From Candidatus Latescibacterota bacterium (GTDB taxonomy: Bacteria > Latescibacterota > CBDEFO01), in NCBI GenBank assembly GCA_965237525.1, contig CBDEFO010000008.1, positions 256,001 through 320,000 of the forward strand: a stretch of DNA of 64,000 nt, given 5' to 3'. Made by a program: the position numbers and the translations under genes. Each line of letters begins with the position of its first letter. The stretch's first letter is position 1. Under the pieces are notes generated by a model. The model did not search any database and was not told the DNA's origin. It saw only the letters and a program-made list of their open reading frames with translations. Positions 1 through 10,427 of this stretch are shown here, in pieces.

Positions 1-364
1 ATCCCCACTTCCTGACAGAGCCGATTCTCACTCAAATTATACAGATAGCCAATAAGGATCATTCGAACAACTAATTCAGGATCAATACCGGGTCTGCCAT
101 TGTCAGGGCAATAACAATCTGATACAACGTCTCGTATAAATGAAAAATCAACTGCCTCATCAATCTGACGAAGGATATGATCCTCGGGAACTAAATCCTC
201 CATCTGAAAATAGTGAAACATCGGATTTGTCTGTTCCTGCTTTTGTGGGGTCATTGTTTCCTCCATGTATAATATTATCAATAACATAATATAATACATC
301 GGAGCTGCTTTATCAATGCTTGTTCTATACTACTTTCTGAATCTAAGGGTTTTTCACAAGGCTT
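1..364 (-). mobile_element. IS1182-like insertion sequence, copy A (5' end only, cut by the window edge)
   Basis: Near-identical to 24166-24529. Ends in terminal IR TTTCACAAGGCTT followed by TTAG. Confidence 0.9.
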
Positions 365-588
365 TTAGAAACCTCACGGTTGTCTCCAAAGATACGAAAT
401 TGAGTGTCGAGAACGTAACAGACGCCTTCGAGGCCCGCGACGTTGAGTTCCACAAGATCAGCATCGACAGGAACCAGGAATACCTGAGCATGACCTCAAT
501 CGTCAAAATCCCAAAGGAACTTTCGGTCGATACCATAATCAAGGACGCTATGAACATCGAGGGCGTAGCTCAGGTGAAGTTGGAATAA
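365..588 (+). pseudogene. C-terminal fragment of an IS-truncated gene (ACT-like tail, MgtC/SapB-like)
   Basis: The ORF 316..588 starts inside the IS (MLVLYYFLNLRVFHKAF is IS sequence). The remainder resembles an ACT-like tail ending IEGVAQVKLE. Confidence 0.45.
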
Positions 589-707
589 GCTGAATTTTCG
601 TTAGATGCTTGTCTGTAGGATGGTGCGACCATTGCCAGCGAGCTCGGAGAATCCGAAATCGAAGGGTGCTATCGAGAGTATCACCAGAGCCAAATGGAGA
701 ACATTAA

Positions 708-1823
708 ATGAAAATAACAGACGTGGAAGCCATACATATATCCCTCCCCCAAGTCGAAGAGAAGGCGGACGGGACACAGGACGCCCTTATAGTAAAAATC
801 CACACGGATGAGGGGATAACCGGAATAGGAGAGGTGGATTCCTCAGCCCATGTTGCAAAAGCCATAATCGAAGCTCCCACCTCGCATTCTCTTTGTCACG
901 GTCTAAAGACGCTCCTTGTGGGTGAAGATCCGTTCCAGATCGAAAGAATATGGGAGAAGATGCACCAAGGCACGATATACTACGGAAGGTGCGGTGTGGT
1001 CCTGCACGCTATGGCTGGAATAGACATAGCCCTTTGGGACTTGATGGGAAAGGCCCTCGATTTGCCCGTGTACGAGCTTTTAGGGGGATGCTACAGGAAA
1101 AAGGTCAGAGCCTACGCCAGCTCCCTTTTCGGAGATACACCCAAAGACACCGGGAAATTGTCCGCTATGTACATAGATAGAGGCTTCACCGCCGTCAAAT
1201 TCGGATGGGGTCCTATGGGACAAGACGAAAAGACAGATATCGCTCTGGTGAGGGAAGCCAGAAAAGGTATGGGAGACGAAGCCGATCTTCTGATAGACGC
1301 AGGATTAGTATGGGACGCCAAGACCGCTATCCAGAGGGCCAGAAAATTTCAAGAATACAACATCTTCTGGCTTGAGGAACCTCTTCCTCCCGATGACGTG
1401 GAAGGGTACGCCCGCCTTTCGGAAGCCGTAGACATCAGGATAGCCGCTGGAGAAGAGGAGAGCACAAAAAGAGGATTCAAAGACCTGATAGAAAGGGGCA
1501 AGATAGATGTAGTCCAGGTGGATGTCACGCGCGTCGGTATAACAGAAGCCAAAAAGGTGGCTCAAATTGCACACGACAGGAACCTCCCCTGCGTCAACCA
1601 CTCCTTCACAACCGACATCAACATAGCCGCATCTTTGCATCTACTTGCAGCTATCCCCAACGCATTCATACTCGAATACACTGTCAGCACAAGTGCCATA
1701 AGAGAAAACACGACGCTTGAAAGGATCGAAGTTAAAGATGGATACGCGGACGTGCCCGACGGACCCGGTCTGGGGATCGAACTGAATGAAGAGTTTATTC
1801 AAAAGTATGTGTGGAGAGGATAA
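708..1823 (+). CDS. Mandelate racemase/muconate lactonizing enzyme family enolase (acid-sugar dehydratase-like)
   Basis: MKITDV start, GIDIALWDLMGK, KxG, WLEEP, AAGE, GPGLGIELNE motifs; GGAG RBS. Confidence 0.9.
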   Translation: MKITDVEAIHISLPQVEEKADGTQDALIVKIHTDEGITGIGEVDSSAHVAKAIIEAPTSHSLCHGLKTLLVGEDPFQIERIWEKMHQGTIYYGRCGVVLHAMAGIDIALWDLMGKALDLPVYELLGGCYRKKVRAYASSLFGDTPKDTGKLSAMYIDRGFTAVKFGWGPMGQDEKTDIALVREARKGMGDEADLLIDAGLVWDAKTAIQRARKFQEYNIFWLEEPLPPDDVEGYARLSEAVDIRIAAGEEESTKRGFKDLIERGKIDVVQVDVTRVGITEAKKVAQIAHDRNLPCVNHSFTTDINIAASLHLLAAIPNAFILEYTVSTSAIRENTTLERIEVKDGYADVPDGPGLGIELNEEFIQKYVWRG

Positions 1824-1832
1824 CTGCTACAG

Positions 1833-3011
1833 GTGAGTTCAGAAAAAGACGTCATAAAAAAGGACATCTTGTTCTATCTGTTCACCCACTTGTTAGACCT
1901 CTTTTTTTCGATCACCTCCCTTGCTGTTCCGCTATTGGCTATAAAGATAGGGGCTTCGGTTACCCAATTAGGGATGATAGGCACGACCTGGGCATTGAGC
2001 TATTCTTTGCTCTGTTTCCTTTCCGGAAGGTTGTCAGATAGGTTCGGACGGAATGCGATAGTATTTTCAGGGTGTATCATTGTTTCGGCGGTCTTCTTTT
2101 TGATGGCCTATGCGCGGAGCGTAGATCAAATATTGATACTGGTAGCCTTAAGTGGAGTTGGATTGTCTTTCATATGGCCCCCTATGGAGGCGACGATAGC
2201 GGAGGGAAAGGACCGTTCGACCCTGATCAAAACTATAGGTATCTTCGGTGTTGCGTGGAGTTCAGGCGTCTTTCTGGGACCAGTCATCGGAGGTTACCTC
2301 TACCAGATTGACTTTCGCATCCCCTTTTTCTTAGCCTCCGGAGGATCACTAATCTGCGGAGCGCTATCTTTATTCCTCCCCGTAAGAAAAGGTAAAATTG
2401 ATGAAGTAGTCGAAACTTTCGGTGGAGGAGAAAATAATAAGCTTTATGCAGCCTGGGTCGCCAACTTTGTCGCCTTCTTCACAAGAGGCGTAATCGGAAG
2501 TATCTTCCCCAAATTGGCTGAGGAACTCGGCATTAAACCAGGAACATTGGGTATCCTTTTCGGCTGTATTGCGGGAGTTCAGATGTTGACATTTGCCATT
2601 ATCGCATTTAATGTCAAAAGGTACAGAACAGACCTTGTGATCCCTGCCCACTTCTTGGCCTGCTTTGCCATGGTCATAACTTACACTACTGAATCTACCC
2701 TCGTCTTCGGGATGGCATTTGCATTGGTAGGATTAACCCTAGCGACAACCTTCTATTCCAGCGCCTTCTACAGCCTCTTCAATCAGAAGGGAAGAGGGAC
2801 TAAAGCGGGGGTGCACGAGGCGATGGTAGGAATGGGATTTCTGATAGGTCCCTTTACTGGAGGGTTGACCGCCGATAAATTCGGACTCGGATCTCCATAT
2901 CTTCTGTGCCTTGGGCTCTTAATCGCGGGGATTCTCGTTCAGATTTATATTTTGAAGAAGAAATCTAAAAGTTCTATCAGGATAAAGTTCGCCAACGGGA
3001 AAGAAATATAA
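1833..3011 (+). CDS. MFS transporter (copy 1)
   Basis: About 12 hydrophobic segments; motif A GRLSDRFGR. Confidence 0.9.
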   Translation: MSSEKDVIKKDILFYLFTHLLDLFFSITSLAVPLLAIKIGASVTQLGMIGTTWALSYSLLCFLSGRLSDRFGRNAIVFSGCIIVSAVFFLMAYARSVDQILILVALSGVGLSFIWPPMEATIAEGKDRSTLIKTIGIFGVAWSSGVFLGPVIGGYLYQIDFRIPFFLASGGSLICGALSLFLPVRKGKIDEVVETFGGGENNKLYAAWVANFVAFFTRGVIGSIFPKLAEELGIKPGTLGILFGCIAGVQMLTFAIIAFNVKRYRTDLVIPAHFLACFAMVITYTTESTLVFGMAFALVGLTLATTFYSSAFYSLFNQKGRGTKAGVHEAMVGMGFLIGPFTGGLTADKFGLGSPYLLCLGLLIAGILVQIYILKKKSKSSIRIKFANGKEI

Positions 3012-3111
3012 CAACAGTAAGTACAACCCCATAAGAGAAAACACGACGTTTGAAAGGATCAAAAATGAGGAATTTATTCAAAAGTATGTGTGGAGAGGAT
3101 AACTTCTGCAG

Positions 3112-4263
3112 GTGGACTCAGAAAAAGACATCATAAGAAAGGACATCCCGCTCTACCTGTTCTCGCACTTCATAAACCTGTTCTTCGCGATCACTACCCT
3201 TGCTGTTCCGCTATTAGCTATAAAGATAGGGGCGACAGTTGTAGAATTAGGATTGATAGGCACGACATGGGCGGCGACTTACTCTGCGCTCTGTTTCCTC
3301 TCCGGAAAATTGTCGGACAGACTCGGCAGAAAGGCGATACTATTTTCGGGGTGTATCGTTATTTCAGCGAGCCTCTTCCGAATGGCCTATGCGGCTAGCA
3401 TGAATCAAGTTTTGATACTGGTCGCCCTCAACGGAGTCGGAGCATCTTTCATATTTCCCCCAATGCAGGCGTGGATAGCAGAGGGCAAGGATCGTTTGAT
3501 CCTGATCAAAACTATAGCCTTCTTCGGTGTTACGTGGAGTTCAGGCATCCTTTTGGGACTAATTATCGCAGGTTACCTCTACCAGATTGACTTCCGCATC
3601 CCCTTTTTCTTAGCTTCTGGAGGAGCACTAATCTGTGGAGCGTCATCCTTATTCCTCCCAGGAAGAAGAGCCAAAATCGATGATGTAGATCAAACTTTCC
3701 CAGGAGGAGAAAATAATAAGCTCTATGCAGCATGGGTTGCCAACTTCGTCGCCTTCTTCACAAGAGGTGTAATCGGAAATATCTTCCCCAAATTGGCTGA
3801 GGAACTCGGCATTAAACCAGGAACATTGGGTATCCTTTTCGGCTGTATTGCGGGAGTTCAGATGTTGACATTTGCCATCATCGCATTTAATGTCAAAAGG
3901 TACAGAACAGACCTTGTGATCCCTGCCCAATGTTTGGCCTGCTTTGCTATGGTCATAATTTACACGACCGAATCTACCCTCGCCTTGGGGGTGGCATTCA
4001 CATTGATAGGACTAACCTTAACGGCGACCTTTTATTCCAGCGCCTTTTACAGCCTCTTTAATCAGAAAGCAACGGGGGCTAAAGCGGGCATACACGAGAC
4101 GATGGTAGGAATGGGATTTCTGATAGGTCCCTTTACTGGAGGGTTGACTGCCGATAAATTCGGACTCAGATCTCCATATCTTCTGTGCCTTGGGCTCTTA
4201 ATCGCGGGGATTCTCGTTCAGACTTACCTTTCAAAGAAGAAACCCCTAACAAGTGGGAAGTAG
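3112..4263 (+). CDS. MFS transporter (copy 2, tandem paralog)
   Basis: GKLSDRLGRK; colinear with copy 1, with long identical stretches. Confidence 0.9.
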   Translation: MDSEKDIIRKDIPLYLFSHFINLFFAITTLAVPLLAIKIGATVVELGLIGTTWAATYSALCFLSGKLSDRLGRKAILFSGCIVISASLFRMAYAASMNQVLILVALNGVGASFIFPPMQAWIAEGKDRLILIKTIAFFGVTWSSGILLGLIIAGYLYQIDFRIPFFLASGGALICGASSLFLPGRRAKIDDVDQTFPGGENNKLYAAWVANFVAFFTRGVIGNIFPKLAEELGIKPGTLGILFGCIAGVQMLTFAIIAFNVKRYRTDLVIPAQCLACFAMVIIYTTESTLALGVAFTLIGLTLTATFYSSAFYSLFNQKATGAKAGIHETMVGMGFLIGPFTGGLTADKFGLRSPYLLCLGLLIAGILVQTYLSKKKPLTSGK

Positions 4264-4484
4264 GTAGTAGACAGAGCACCGCCTCCCTTTCCTTGAGACT
4301 GGTTGCGGTCTACTTCCCAACTGCTCCGGACGGGCTCGCGTTTCCTTCGGGGTCGGGCCGAGCGTCCCTCGTAATGATTAGACGTCTGGAGGTTAAGAGT
4401 CATTGCAAGTATCCCCTGTGTCATTGCGAGCCGAAGCCCAGAGACTTTAGCCCTGAGCGAAGCGAAGGGTGAGCCAGGCAATCT
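4260..4484. repeat. Cluster of REP-like elements between convergent genes
   Basis: GTAGACAGAGCACCGCCTCCC unit, GAGA..CTCGTAATGA hairpin, and GTCATTGCGAGC..GCAATCT unit; similar units recur elsewhere in the window. Confidence 0.65.
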
Positions 4485-4523
4485 TTCTGTATGCGGTTTA
4501 CTGTTCTGCTGTCCAGTTGCAGT

Positions 4524-6116
4524 TCACAGACCCCCTAAAAACACCCTAGTGACTCCCCTTTCGGTCCCGAACCAGATGTATTCTCCATCGCGAAGGATCA
4601 CCTGCGCCGAGCGATGAGGCAGGCCCTCAGCTTCGGTGAATATCTCCCAGGTGTGGTATCTTCTGTCGAGACGAAAGACGCCCGATTGGGATGCTATCCA
4701 TACAAAGCCATCATCGGCACAGATATCCTTTATATCGCTGGAAGCTGCGCGCGGAGGGAAATATCTCCGCCAGTTGAGGGCGTCTCTATCCGCAGCAAGT
4801 ATAAAATAGCGTCCGTTCGCTACCACTCCTGTCCCGATTGAAGGAGCGGAAAGCTCCAGGGCATTTGTACCTTTGGCGATGCCTAATTCCACTGAGGTCT
4901 GTACAGGAAGAGCAGAAACCGCAAGCCATATCTCTCCTCTATCTATGACAATAGAGGTCACAGCGGCGTTATCGAGGAGTCTGTATGTGTCGGTTATTCT
5001 GGTCCACACAGAGTCGCCCCCGATTAAATCGGGGGTCGACTTTCCATCATCCTTTAGATATCTGTAGATCCCCTTTACCGTTCCGACCCATACGCTCTCA
5101 TCATCAACCTCCACATCATAGACGGCTCCTCGTTTTATCCCGTCGGGTCCAGCCTCTTCGATGATGCCGCTTGGACAGTGGAGGCGATCCAAGCCGTAGG
5201 CTGTCCCTATCCAAAGATATTCGTCGTCCAGGCATATGTCTATAACGCTATCGTCCGACAGCCCGTGGAAGGTAGTAAGGGTGTCCCAGCTATCCTTCTT
5301 CTTGTCGTACCTGGAAAGTCCGTTTATGGTTCCGAACCAGACGTATCTTTCTCCCACAGCGACAGATGTGACGTCGTTGGTGTTCAGACCGTCTATGTAT
5401 CTTGCCTCAAAATAGACCCATCCTTTTGTATTTTTATCGAATCTGCTTATGCCAGCAGATGCACCACTTGTAGAGGACGCTCCGCCGAACCAGATGGAGG
5501 AGCCGTCTGTTTCCATAGCTGAGACGTTATTTTCGATGGGTCCGAAGGGGAGCAGTTTTAACTCCAGAATCCTCAGATCCGCCACTCCTGTGCCGATACC
5601 CCACGTTCCAATCCAGAGATTTCCCCAGTCGTCTTGGATGCTCTCTGTTACAGAATACTTTCTAAAATAGGAATCGCGTATATATCCTTCGGGGTAGAAG
5701 AAATATCCTAAATCCATGATAAGCGAGGGGAGTTGGGGGCGTTCCTTCTTGCGGATCAGGCGACGCGCGAAGCCTCCCCCGTAGTTCCATAGATCCCCGG
5801 GGGGATACCATCTTGCAACTCCCCTTATGGTATCGAACCATATATCGCCGGAAGTAGGATCGAAGGCAACCCTTCTGACCCAGTTGTCAGGTAGGCCGTC
5901 GCTTGTAGTGATAGGGTCTTTCCACCCTTGTGTGTACATATCATAAATTCCGACGCCGCCAGTGGTGGCGATGTATGCAGTCGCCCCATCGAACGTTATA
6001 GATGTAACATAGCGCATATCCAGATAACTTGTCCATCGTTCTTTATCGCGTACGTCGGCCGAGGATGGATCAGCAAAGAAAGCGCAAAGATTTATAATAA
6101 TTATAAGCCTTTTCAT
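4524..6116 (-). CDS. Secreted beta-propeller protein (two-component-regulator-propeller-type repeats)
   Basis: Signal peptide; repeated 'GL.D..V..I..D...W.GT..G' blades. Confidence 0.8.
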   Translation of the reverse strand: MKRLIIIINLCAFFADPSSADVRDKERWTSYLDMRYVTSITFDGATAYIATTGGVGIYDMYTQGWKDPITTSDGLPDNWVRRVAFDPTSGDIWFDTIRGVARWYPPGDLWNYGGGFARRLIRKKERPQLPSLIMDLGYFFYPEGYIRDSYFRKYSVTESIQDDWGNLWIGTWGIGTGVADLRILELKLLPFGPIENNVSAMETDGSSIWFGGASSTSGASAGISRFDKNTKGWVYFEARYIDGLNTNDVTSVAVGERYVWFGTINGLSRYDKKKDSWDTLTTFHGLSDDSVIDICLDDEYLWIGTAYGLDRLHCPSGIIEEAGPDGIKRGAVYDVEVDDESVWVGTVKGIYRYLKDDGKSTPDLIGGDSVWTRITDTYRLLDNAAVTSIVIDRGEIWLAVSALPVQTSVELGIAKGTNALELSAPSIGTGVVANGRYFILAADRDALNWRRYFPPRAASSDIKDICADDGFVWIASQSGVFRLDRRYHTWEIFTEAEGLPHRSAQVILRDGEYIWFGTERGVTRVFLGGL

Positions 6117-6123
6117 AAAGAGA

Positions 6124-6660
6124 TCACCTGGCCTCGTTGAGATAGGACATCACGTGGAATTTGTCCAAGACGATCTTCGTATCGGCGCCAGGCACATAGG
6201 CTTTGTGGCTGAAATCTAAGGGGCCCACATATCCATGGAAATCGCCTGAACCGCTTCCAACTCTTCCTTGGTAAAAAGCTGGAAGTAGGCCTCCAGGCTC
6301 TCCTGTTTGCGATCCTCTCCAACGTATTCGATGACGCCTTTCTGAAGATCGCAGACGATCGTACCGTACTTCTGGCGTTTGGCGAAGGATTTCTTGTCCA
6401 CGCCAAGGTAGGCGGGACTGGCCGCGTTTGACAGCTCGTTCCATAATACCCCAGCAGCGATCCCAGCTCAGACCAGTCAAAGGGCTGGCGGCTTCGATGC
6501 TGCAATCCTTCCCCAGGTCGATGAGGTGGCACTCCAGACCCCTCGTGAGGTCGGACCCCGTCTCTGCGCCCATTCCGAGATCACACACCGCACCCCGTGC
6601 TCTTTGCACTTCACGCGCGGCAGATGTGTAGATGCTGCCACTCACGCTACGCAAGGTGAT
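6124..6660 (-). pseudogene. ISL3-family transposase remnant
   Basis: Fragments in several frames: DKKSFAKRQKYGTIVCDL, AISMDMWAP, IVLDKFHV. Confidence 0.85.
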
Positions 6661-6825
6661 CGTAGACCGAACAGTAACGATCGCACTCCGGGCACGGCAT
6701 CGGATGCCCGATTCGTGGTCTACATATACGTCGATCCGCTCCGGAGAGTCGCTGAGCCGTACTTCCTTAGCATATCAGGGACGCCGAATCCACAGCGGGC
6801 ACGTGTAAAGCTCTGTATCCTTCAA

Positions 6826-6903
6826 TGTAGACCCTCCCAACATCCGGTGGCAGGGGCGAACTGGTCAACGCTAAGATACCACAAAATGTTGGGGGCACCC
6901 ACA
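6826..6903. mobile_element. Possible 78-bp MITE with TG...CA ends
   Basis: Imperfect terminal IRs TGTAGACCCTCCCAACAT / ATGTTGGGGGCACCCACA; no clear target duplication. Confidence 0.4.
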
Positions 6904-6925
6904 GTATTCTCAGGAGCCATAGAAC

Positions 6926-8959
6926 TTATTCCACCCAGATCCGTCCCAGCGGTTGATAGTCGTATTGCCCCCTCCAGGCTTTGAGCGTTTGCAGGGGCGT
7001 GAGGATCTGGATCGATTTTCCCTTGTAGGTGCCCCGGACCTGTGCGGTGGGCCGGTTAACCATGACGGCTAAGGTATAGAGTCCTGACGGGATGTAACCG
7101 GGGATTTTGAAGATGAAGCCGTCTTTTCGATACCACCCCACCGGGAGATCTTTGGGAATGATTTCGAGGTGCTTGGAGGCCGAAAAGCCGTGGGCCGAGG
7201 GGATTTCCATGCGGTCGTTCACAAAGGCGAATTCGGCGATGAACTTGGCATTGGGCGCACCGGTGCGCTGAACCACGAAGGTGAGTTCAAAGAGTTCGCT
7301 CCTCTGGACGATGCCGTCAATCAGTCCGGAACCAAAGGTGAGGGGCGTTCCGAAGGTCTTTGAAACACCCCGGTCCAGGCCCTCGATCTCGAAGCCGACG
7401 AAGCGGAGGTCTTTGAAATAGACCCCTTCCGAACGGACGAGCACCGGGAGAGGCTGGGAGGAGGCCTCGGCGGGAGGCTTCGGCTCGATTTTGAGGAGGT
7501 GGGGATCGACGGGGGAGCGGACGGTCCGAAAGTGGTCGTATTCCGGAGGCATCCGGTCGTCTAAAATGGTGTGGATGGGGCGGCCTGGGAAATCTTCGAG
7601 GAGACCATTGAGGATGCGGAACCGATCGGCGACGTTGAGGCTTAGGCGCAGGTCCCTGGCGTTGCGGACGAGGGGCCGGTCCAGGGCTATTTCACCCCTG
7701 AACCGGGGGGCCAGCCGCCCCAGGGTGTGGACGGTGATATCCGGGCGAAGCCCTCGGACGATCTGGAAATACTTGTAGCGGGTGGCATATCCGTCATCTT
7801 CTCCGATGATGATGGAGTTTTCGGGGAGCCGTTCGAACTGCTCCAGCAGTTTTTGGTACCGGGTTTCGTCTCCGGTTATCCGGGTGACGGCGGGGTGGTG
7901 ATGGATGAACAGATAGAGCGACAGGCCCGAGGTGAGGATTAGAGCGCTAACGAGAGCCAGGGAGTGTGGGAGGCGGGATGAGAGGAATTGAACGATGCGG
8001 TGGAGACCTAGTCCGACAAAAGCGGTTAGGAAGAAAAACGACGGCATATAGAAGACGTCTTGGTCGGGTACCTGATAGGAGAGGACCGGGAAGAGGGTGC
8101 AGAGGAAGGCGACCAGAAGCGTTGTGCCGAAAAGTCCCGATTCGTGGGATGTTCGGGAGAAGAGCCGGATGAGCAGGCCATGCCGTTCACGCCGGGGCTT
8201 CGCGCGACTAGCTTTTCTTTCTGCCTTTTTGCGTTCTTTCCGCGATTGCACAGCTCCCTTCTTTGGCCATTTGGGACGACGTCTCAAGGGATCGATTGCC
8301 AGCGCGCCAATGCCGGCGACTGCGAGAATTGCCGCGACAGGTGAGCAGTTCGTCGAGTACAACCGTAGATATGACCAGACCAGAGCTGGATAGGAACTGA
8401 GGGGGACGCCTAGGATCTTGCTGGTTGTAAATTCTTCCCCGGAGAGATACCACCAGTACCACCGGGGCGACTGGACCTCATAGCCGTTGAGGTAGACGAA
8501 GTCGCTGATAAACCCGCTGTTTTGGGCGAGACGTAACGGGATATAGACAAAAGGGAGGAGACCGATGATCCCACAGAGCGTCGCTCGGATTGCGCGGCCT
8601 TTTCTCCACTGTCCGTTTTCGACCCATGCTCCGCTGCGAAGCGTCAGGTAGACCGCGGCAGGGACGATAAGGGCCATCAGGAGGATATTGCTGGTTGCGC
8701 CGAGGGCTAGGGTGAAGATGAGGAGATAGAGCGTTTGACCTTTTCGGGTGCGGAGCCAGCGGGCCGTGAGGTAGAGGAAGAGGCCGAGGAAGGTGAGTTG
8801 CAGGGCGTAGACCTCTGCGATGGCGGCGTGGAGCCAGAAGATGAAGCCGAAGGCAAATACCCCCCAGACGCCGAAGGCCAAGAGGGAGAGGAGGCGCTTA
8901 GAGGACGTCCGGGCCGTCAGGTTGCTGGATCTAAATAGATGCATGAACGTGTTTGACAC
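6926..8959 (-). CDS. DUF2723-like membrane glycosyltransferase (GT-C type), probably 5'-truncated
   Basis: FWLHAAIAEVYAL motif, multiple TM helices, Y.Q.V.GLRPDI motif. The usual N-terminal 'GD..E...G.AHPPG' segment is absent. GC is higher than in the flanks. Confidence 0.7.
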   Translation of the reverse strand: MSNTFMHLFRSSNLTARTSSKRLLSLLAFGVWGVFAFGFIFWLHAAIAEVYALQLTFLGLFLYLTARWLRTRKGQTLYLLIFTLALGATSNILLMALIVPAAVYLTLRSGAWVENGQWRKGRAIRATLCGIIGLLPFVYIPLRLAQNSGFISDFVYLNGYEVQSPRWYWWYLSGEEFTTSKILGVPLSSYPALVWSYLRLYSTNCSPVAAILAVAGIGALAIDPLRRRPKWPKKGAVQSRKERKKAERKASRAKPRRERHGLLIRLFSRTSHESGLFGTTLLVAFLCTLFPVLSYQVPDQDVFYMPSFFFLTAFVGLGLHRIVQFLSSRLPHSLALVSALILTSGLSLYLFIHHHPAVTRITGDETRYQKLLEQFERLPENSIIIGEDDGYATRYKYFQIVRGLRPDITVHTLGRLAPRFRGEIALDRPLVRNARDLRLSLNVADRFRILNGLLEDFPGRPIHTILDDRMPPEYDHFRTVRSPVDPHLLKIEPKPPAEASSQPLPVLVRSEGVYFKDLRFVGFEIEGLDRGVSKTFGTPLTFGSGLIDGIVQRSELFELTFVVQRTGAPNAKFIAEFAFVNDRMEIPSAHGFSASKHLEIIPKDLPVGWYRKDGFIFKIPGYIPSGLYTLAVMVNRPTAQVRGTYKGKSIQILTPLQTLKAWRGQYDYQPLGRIWVE

Positions 8960-9276
8960 TGGCCATTCTCTCTGTTCGCCTTGAGCTTAAACCCTCAAGC
9001 TGGCTTTCGACGTGTTCCCTGAGTCCCTCATCGACGGGGCTTGACGGGACTGTCGCGCCGGTGGCTTTGAGTTTGTCCGGACAGTAGATGCCGTGGCAGA
9101 TGAAGGAGCGGTTCCGGTGGTCGGCGAGGTGCTGGCCGACCGGGATCTCCTCCATGGTGCGCTCGGGGGCGTCGAGGATGCAGATGAAAATTCGGTCAAT
9201 TGTGCAAATGGTCCCTATCTGACAACTCTAAGCCAAATAAAGCTAAGGGATTTGTTCAGCGTTGTCAACGAAATGT

Positions 9277-9305
9277 TTGACAAAGGGGCCTATGATAGTT
9301 ATCTT
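9277..9305 (+). promoter_or_regulatory. Sigma70-type promoter
   Basis: TTGACA-17 nt-TATCTT upstream of 9460. Confidence 0.55.
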
Positions 9306-9459
9306 TTCAAATAATGGAAACTTCATCGGCGATCCGAAAGTCTAAAATCTATACGAAAGAGGCAAACACATAGGTTGCCTATTATACACGACAAATCTTG
9401 ATGGGCGCAAAGAGAGGTCTGCCCGTACTGACTACCGTCTACACAAAAAAGGGATCTTT

Positions 9460-10422
9460 ATGTCTTTTAGAAACGCCTTTTTATACTGGACAATTCTGGC
9501 GTTGGTCATTACAACCGGTGTGGTTGATAAGGCGGAGGCGGCGACAAAGTTCGCTGGAGATTTTCTGGCATTTGGAGCCGGAGCAAGATCGCTCGGTATG
9601 GGCGGAGCCTTCGTAGCAATAAGTGACGATGCCACGGCTGGATACTGGAATCCCGCAGGCTTGACCCAATTGAGAAAAAAAGAGGCTATTGTGATGCACT
9701 CTGAGCGGTTCGGAGGGGAGTTCAAATACGATTTGTTCGGCGTTGCCCTCCCGATAGAACAATTGGGAGGAGTCGGAATAAATGTCGTAAGAGTCGGATC
9801 GGATGACATCAAATTCACGGAACTTCCCGACCCATCGAAGGAGATCAGCGGAAGGAACCGCCCTCGGGTCTCAAAGATCGTAAGCAACGCCGATTACGGA
9901 ATATTTCTTTCAAACGGACGGAGAGTCTTTACGGACCTTTCTTTAGGAGGAACCATCAAGTTTATCAGAAGGTCAATAGGTGACAATACGGCGTTCGGGT
10001 ATGGGATAGACATAGGCGCCCTCTATTCATCTTCCATGGGATTCTCGATAGGGCTCAATCTGGCGGACGTCACCTCTACGAAAATCACGTGGGACACTGG
10101 AGCCAAGGATAAGATAGAACCCTCCTTGATCCTGGGTGCTGCATATACTTGGAACCTGCCCTTCCCAGAAAGCAAAATCACGGGGGCGTTCAGTTCAGAT
10201 GTAGGAGGAGAATCATCCGCGGGGATAGACACAGGAACAAACAACAGCGGTGTAGAGTACTGGTACCGGGATTCTATAGCTATAAGAGCCGGCTTCCAGG
10301 GGGAAAATCTCACGGTAGGTGCAGGATTGAGGTTATATCGTAAATTCGGATTGGACCTGGCCTTTCTAAGCCACGATGATCTGGATAATACGTACCGTAT
10401 ATCAGCGTCTTTACAGTTTTGA
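9460..10422 (+). CDS. PorV/PorQ-family outer-membrane beta-barrel
   Basis: FL..GAGARSLGMGGAFVAISDDATAGYWNPAGL motif; signal peptide; C-terminal Phe. Confidence 0.85.
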   Translation: MSFRNAFLYWTILALVITTGVVDKAEAATKFAGDFLAFGAGARSLGMGGAFVAISDDATAGYWNPAGLTQLRKKEAIVMHSERFGGEFKYDLFGVALPIEQLGGVGINVVRVGSDDIKFTELPDPSKEISGRNRPRVSKIVSNADYGIFLSNGRRVFTDLSLGGTIKFIRRSIGDNTAFGYGIDIGALYSSSMGFSIGLNLADVTSTKITWDTGAKDKIEPSLILGAAYTWNLPFPESKITGAFSSDVGGESSAGIDTGTNNSGVEYWYRDSIAIRAGFQGENLTVGAGLRLYRKFGLDLAFLSHDDLDNTYRISASLQF

Positions 10423-10427
10423 GGGCT

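Noticed and set aside
9310..9385. c-di-GMP riboswitch upstream of the PorV-like gene (GGCAAAC...GGTTGCC)
   Set aside because: Only the end motifs match; the P2/P3 stems and tetraloop receptor are absent.
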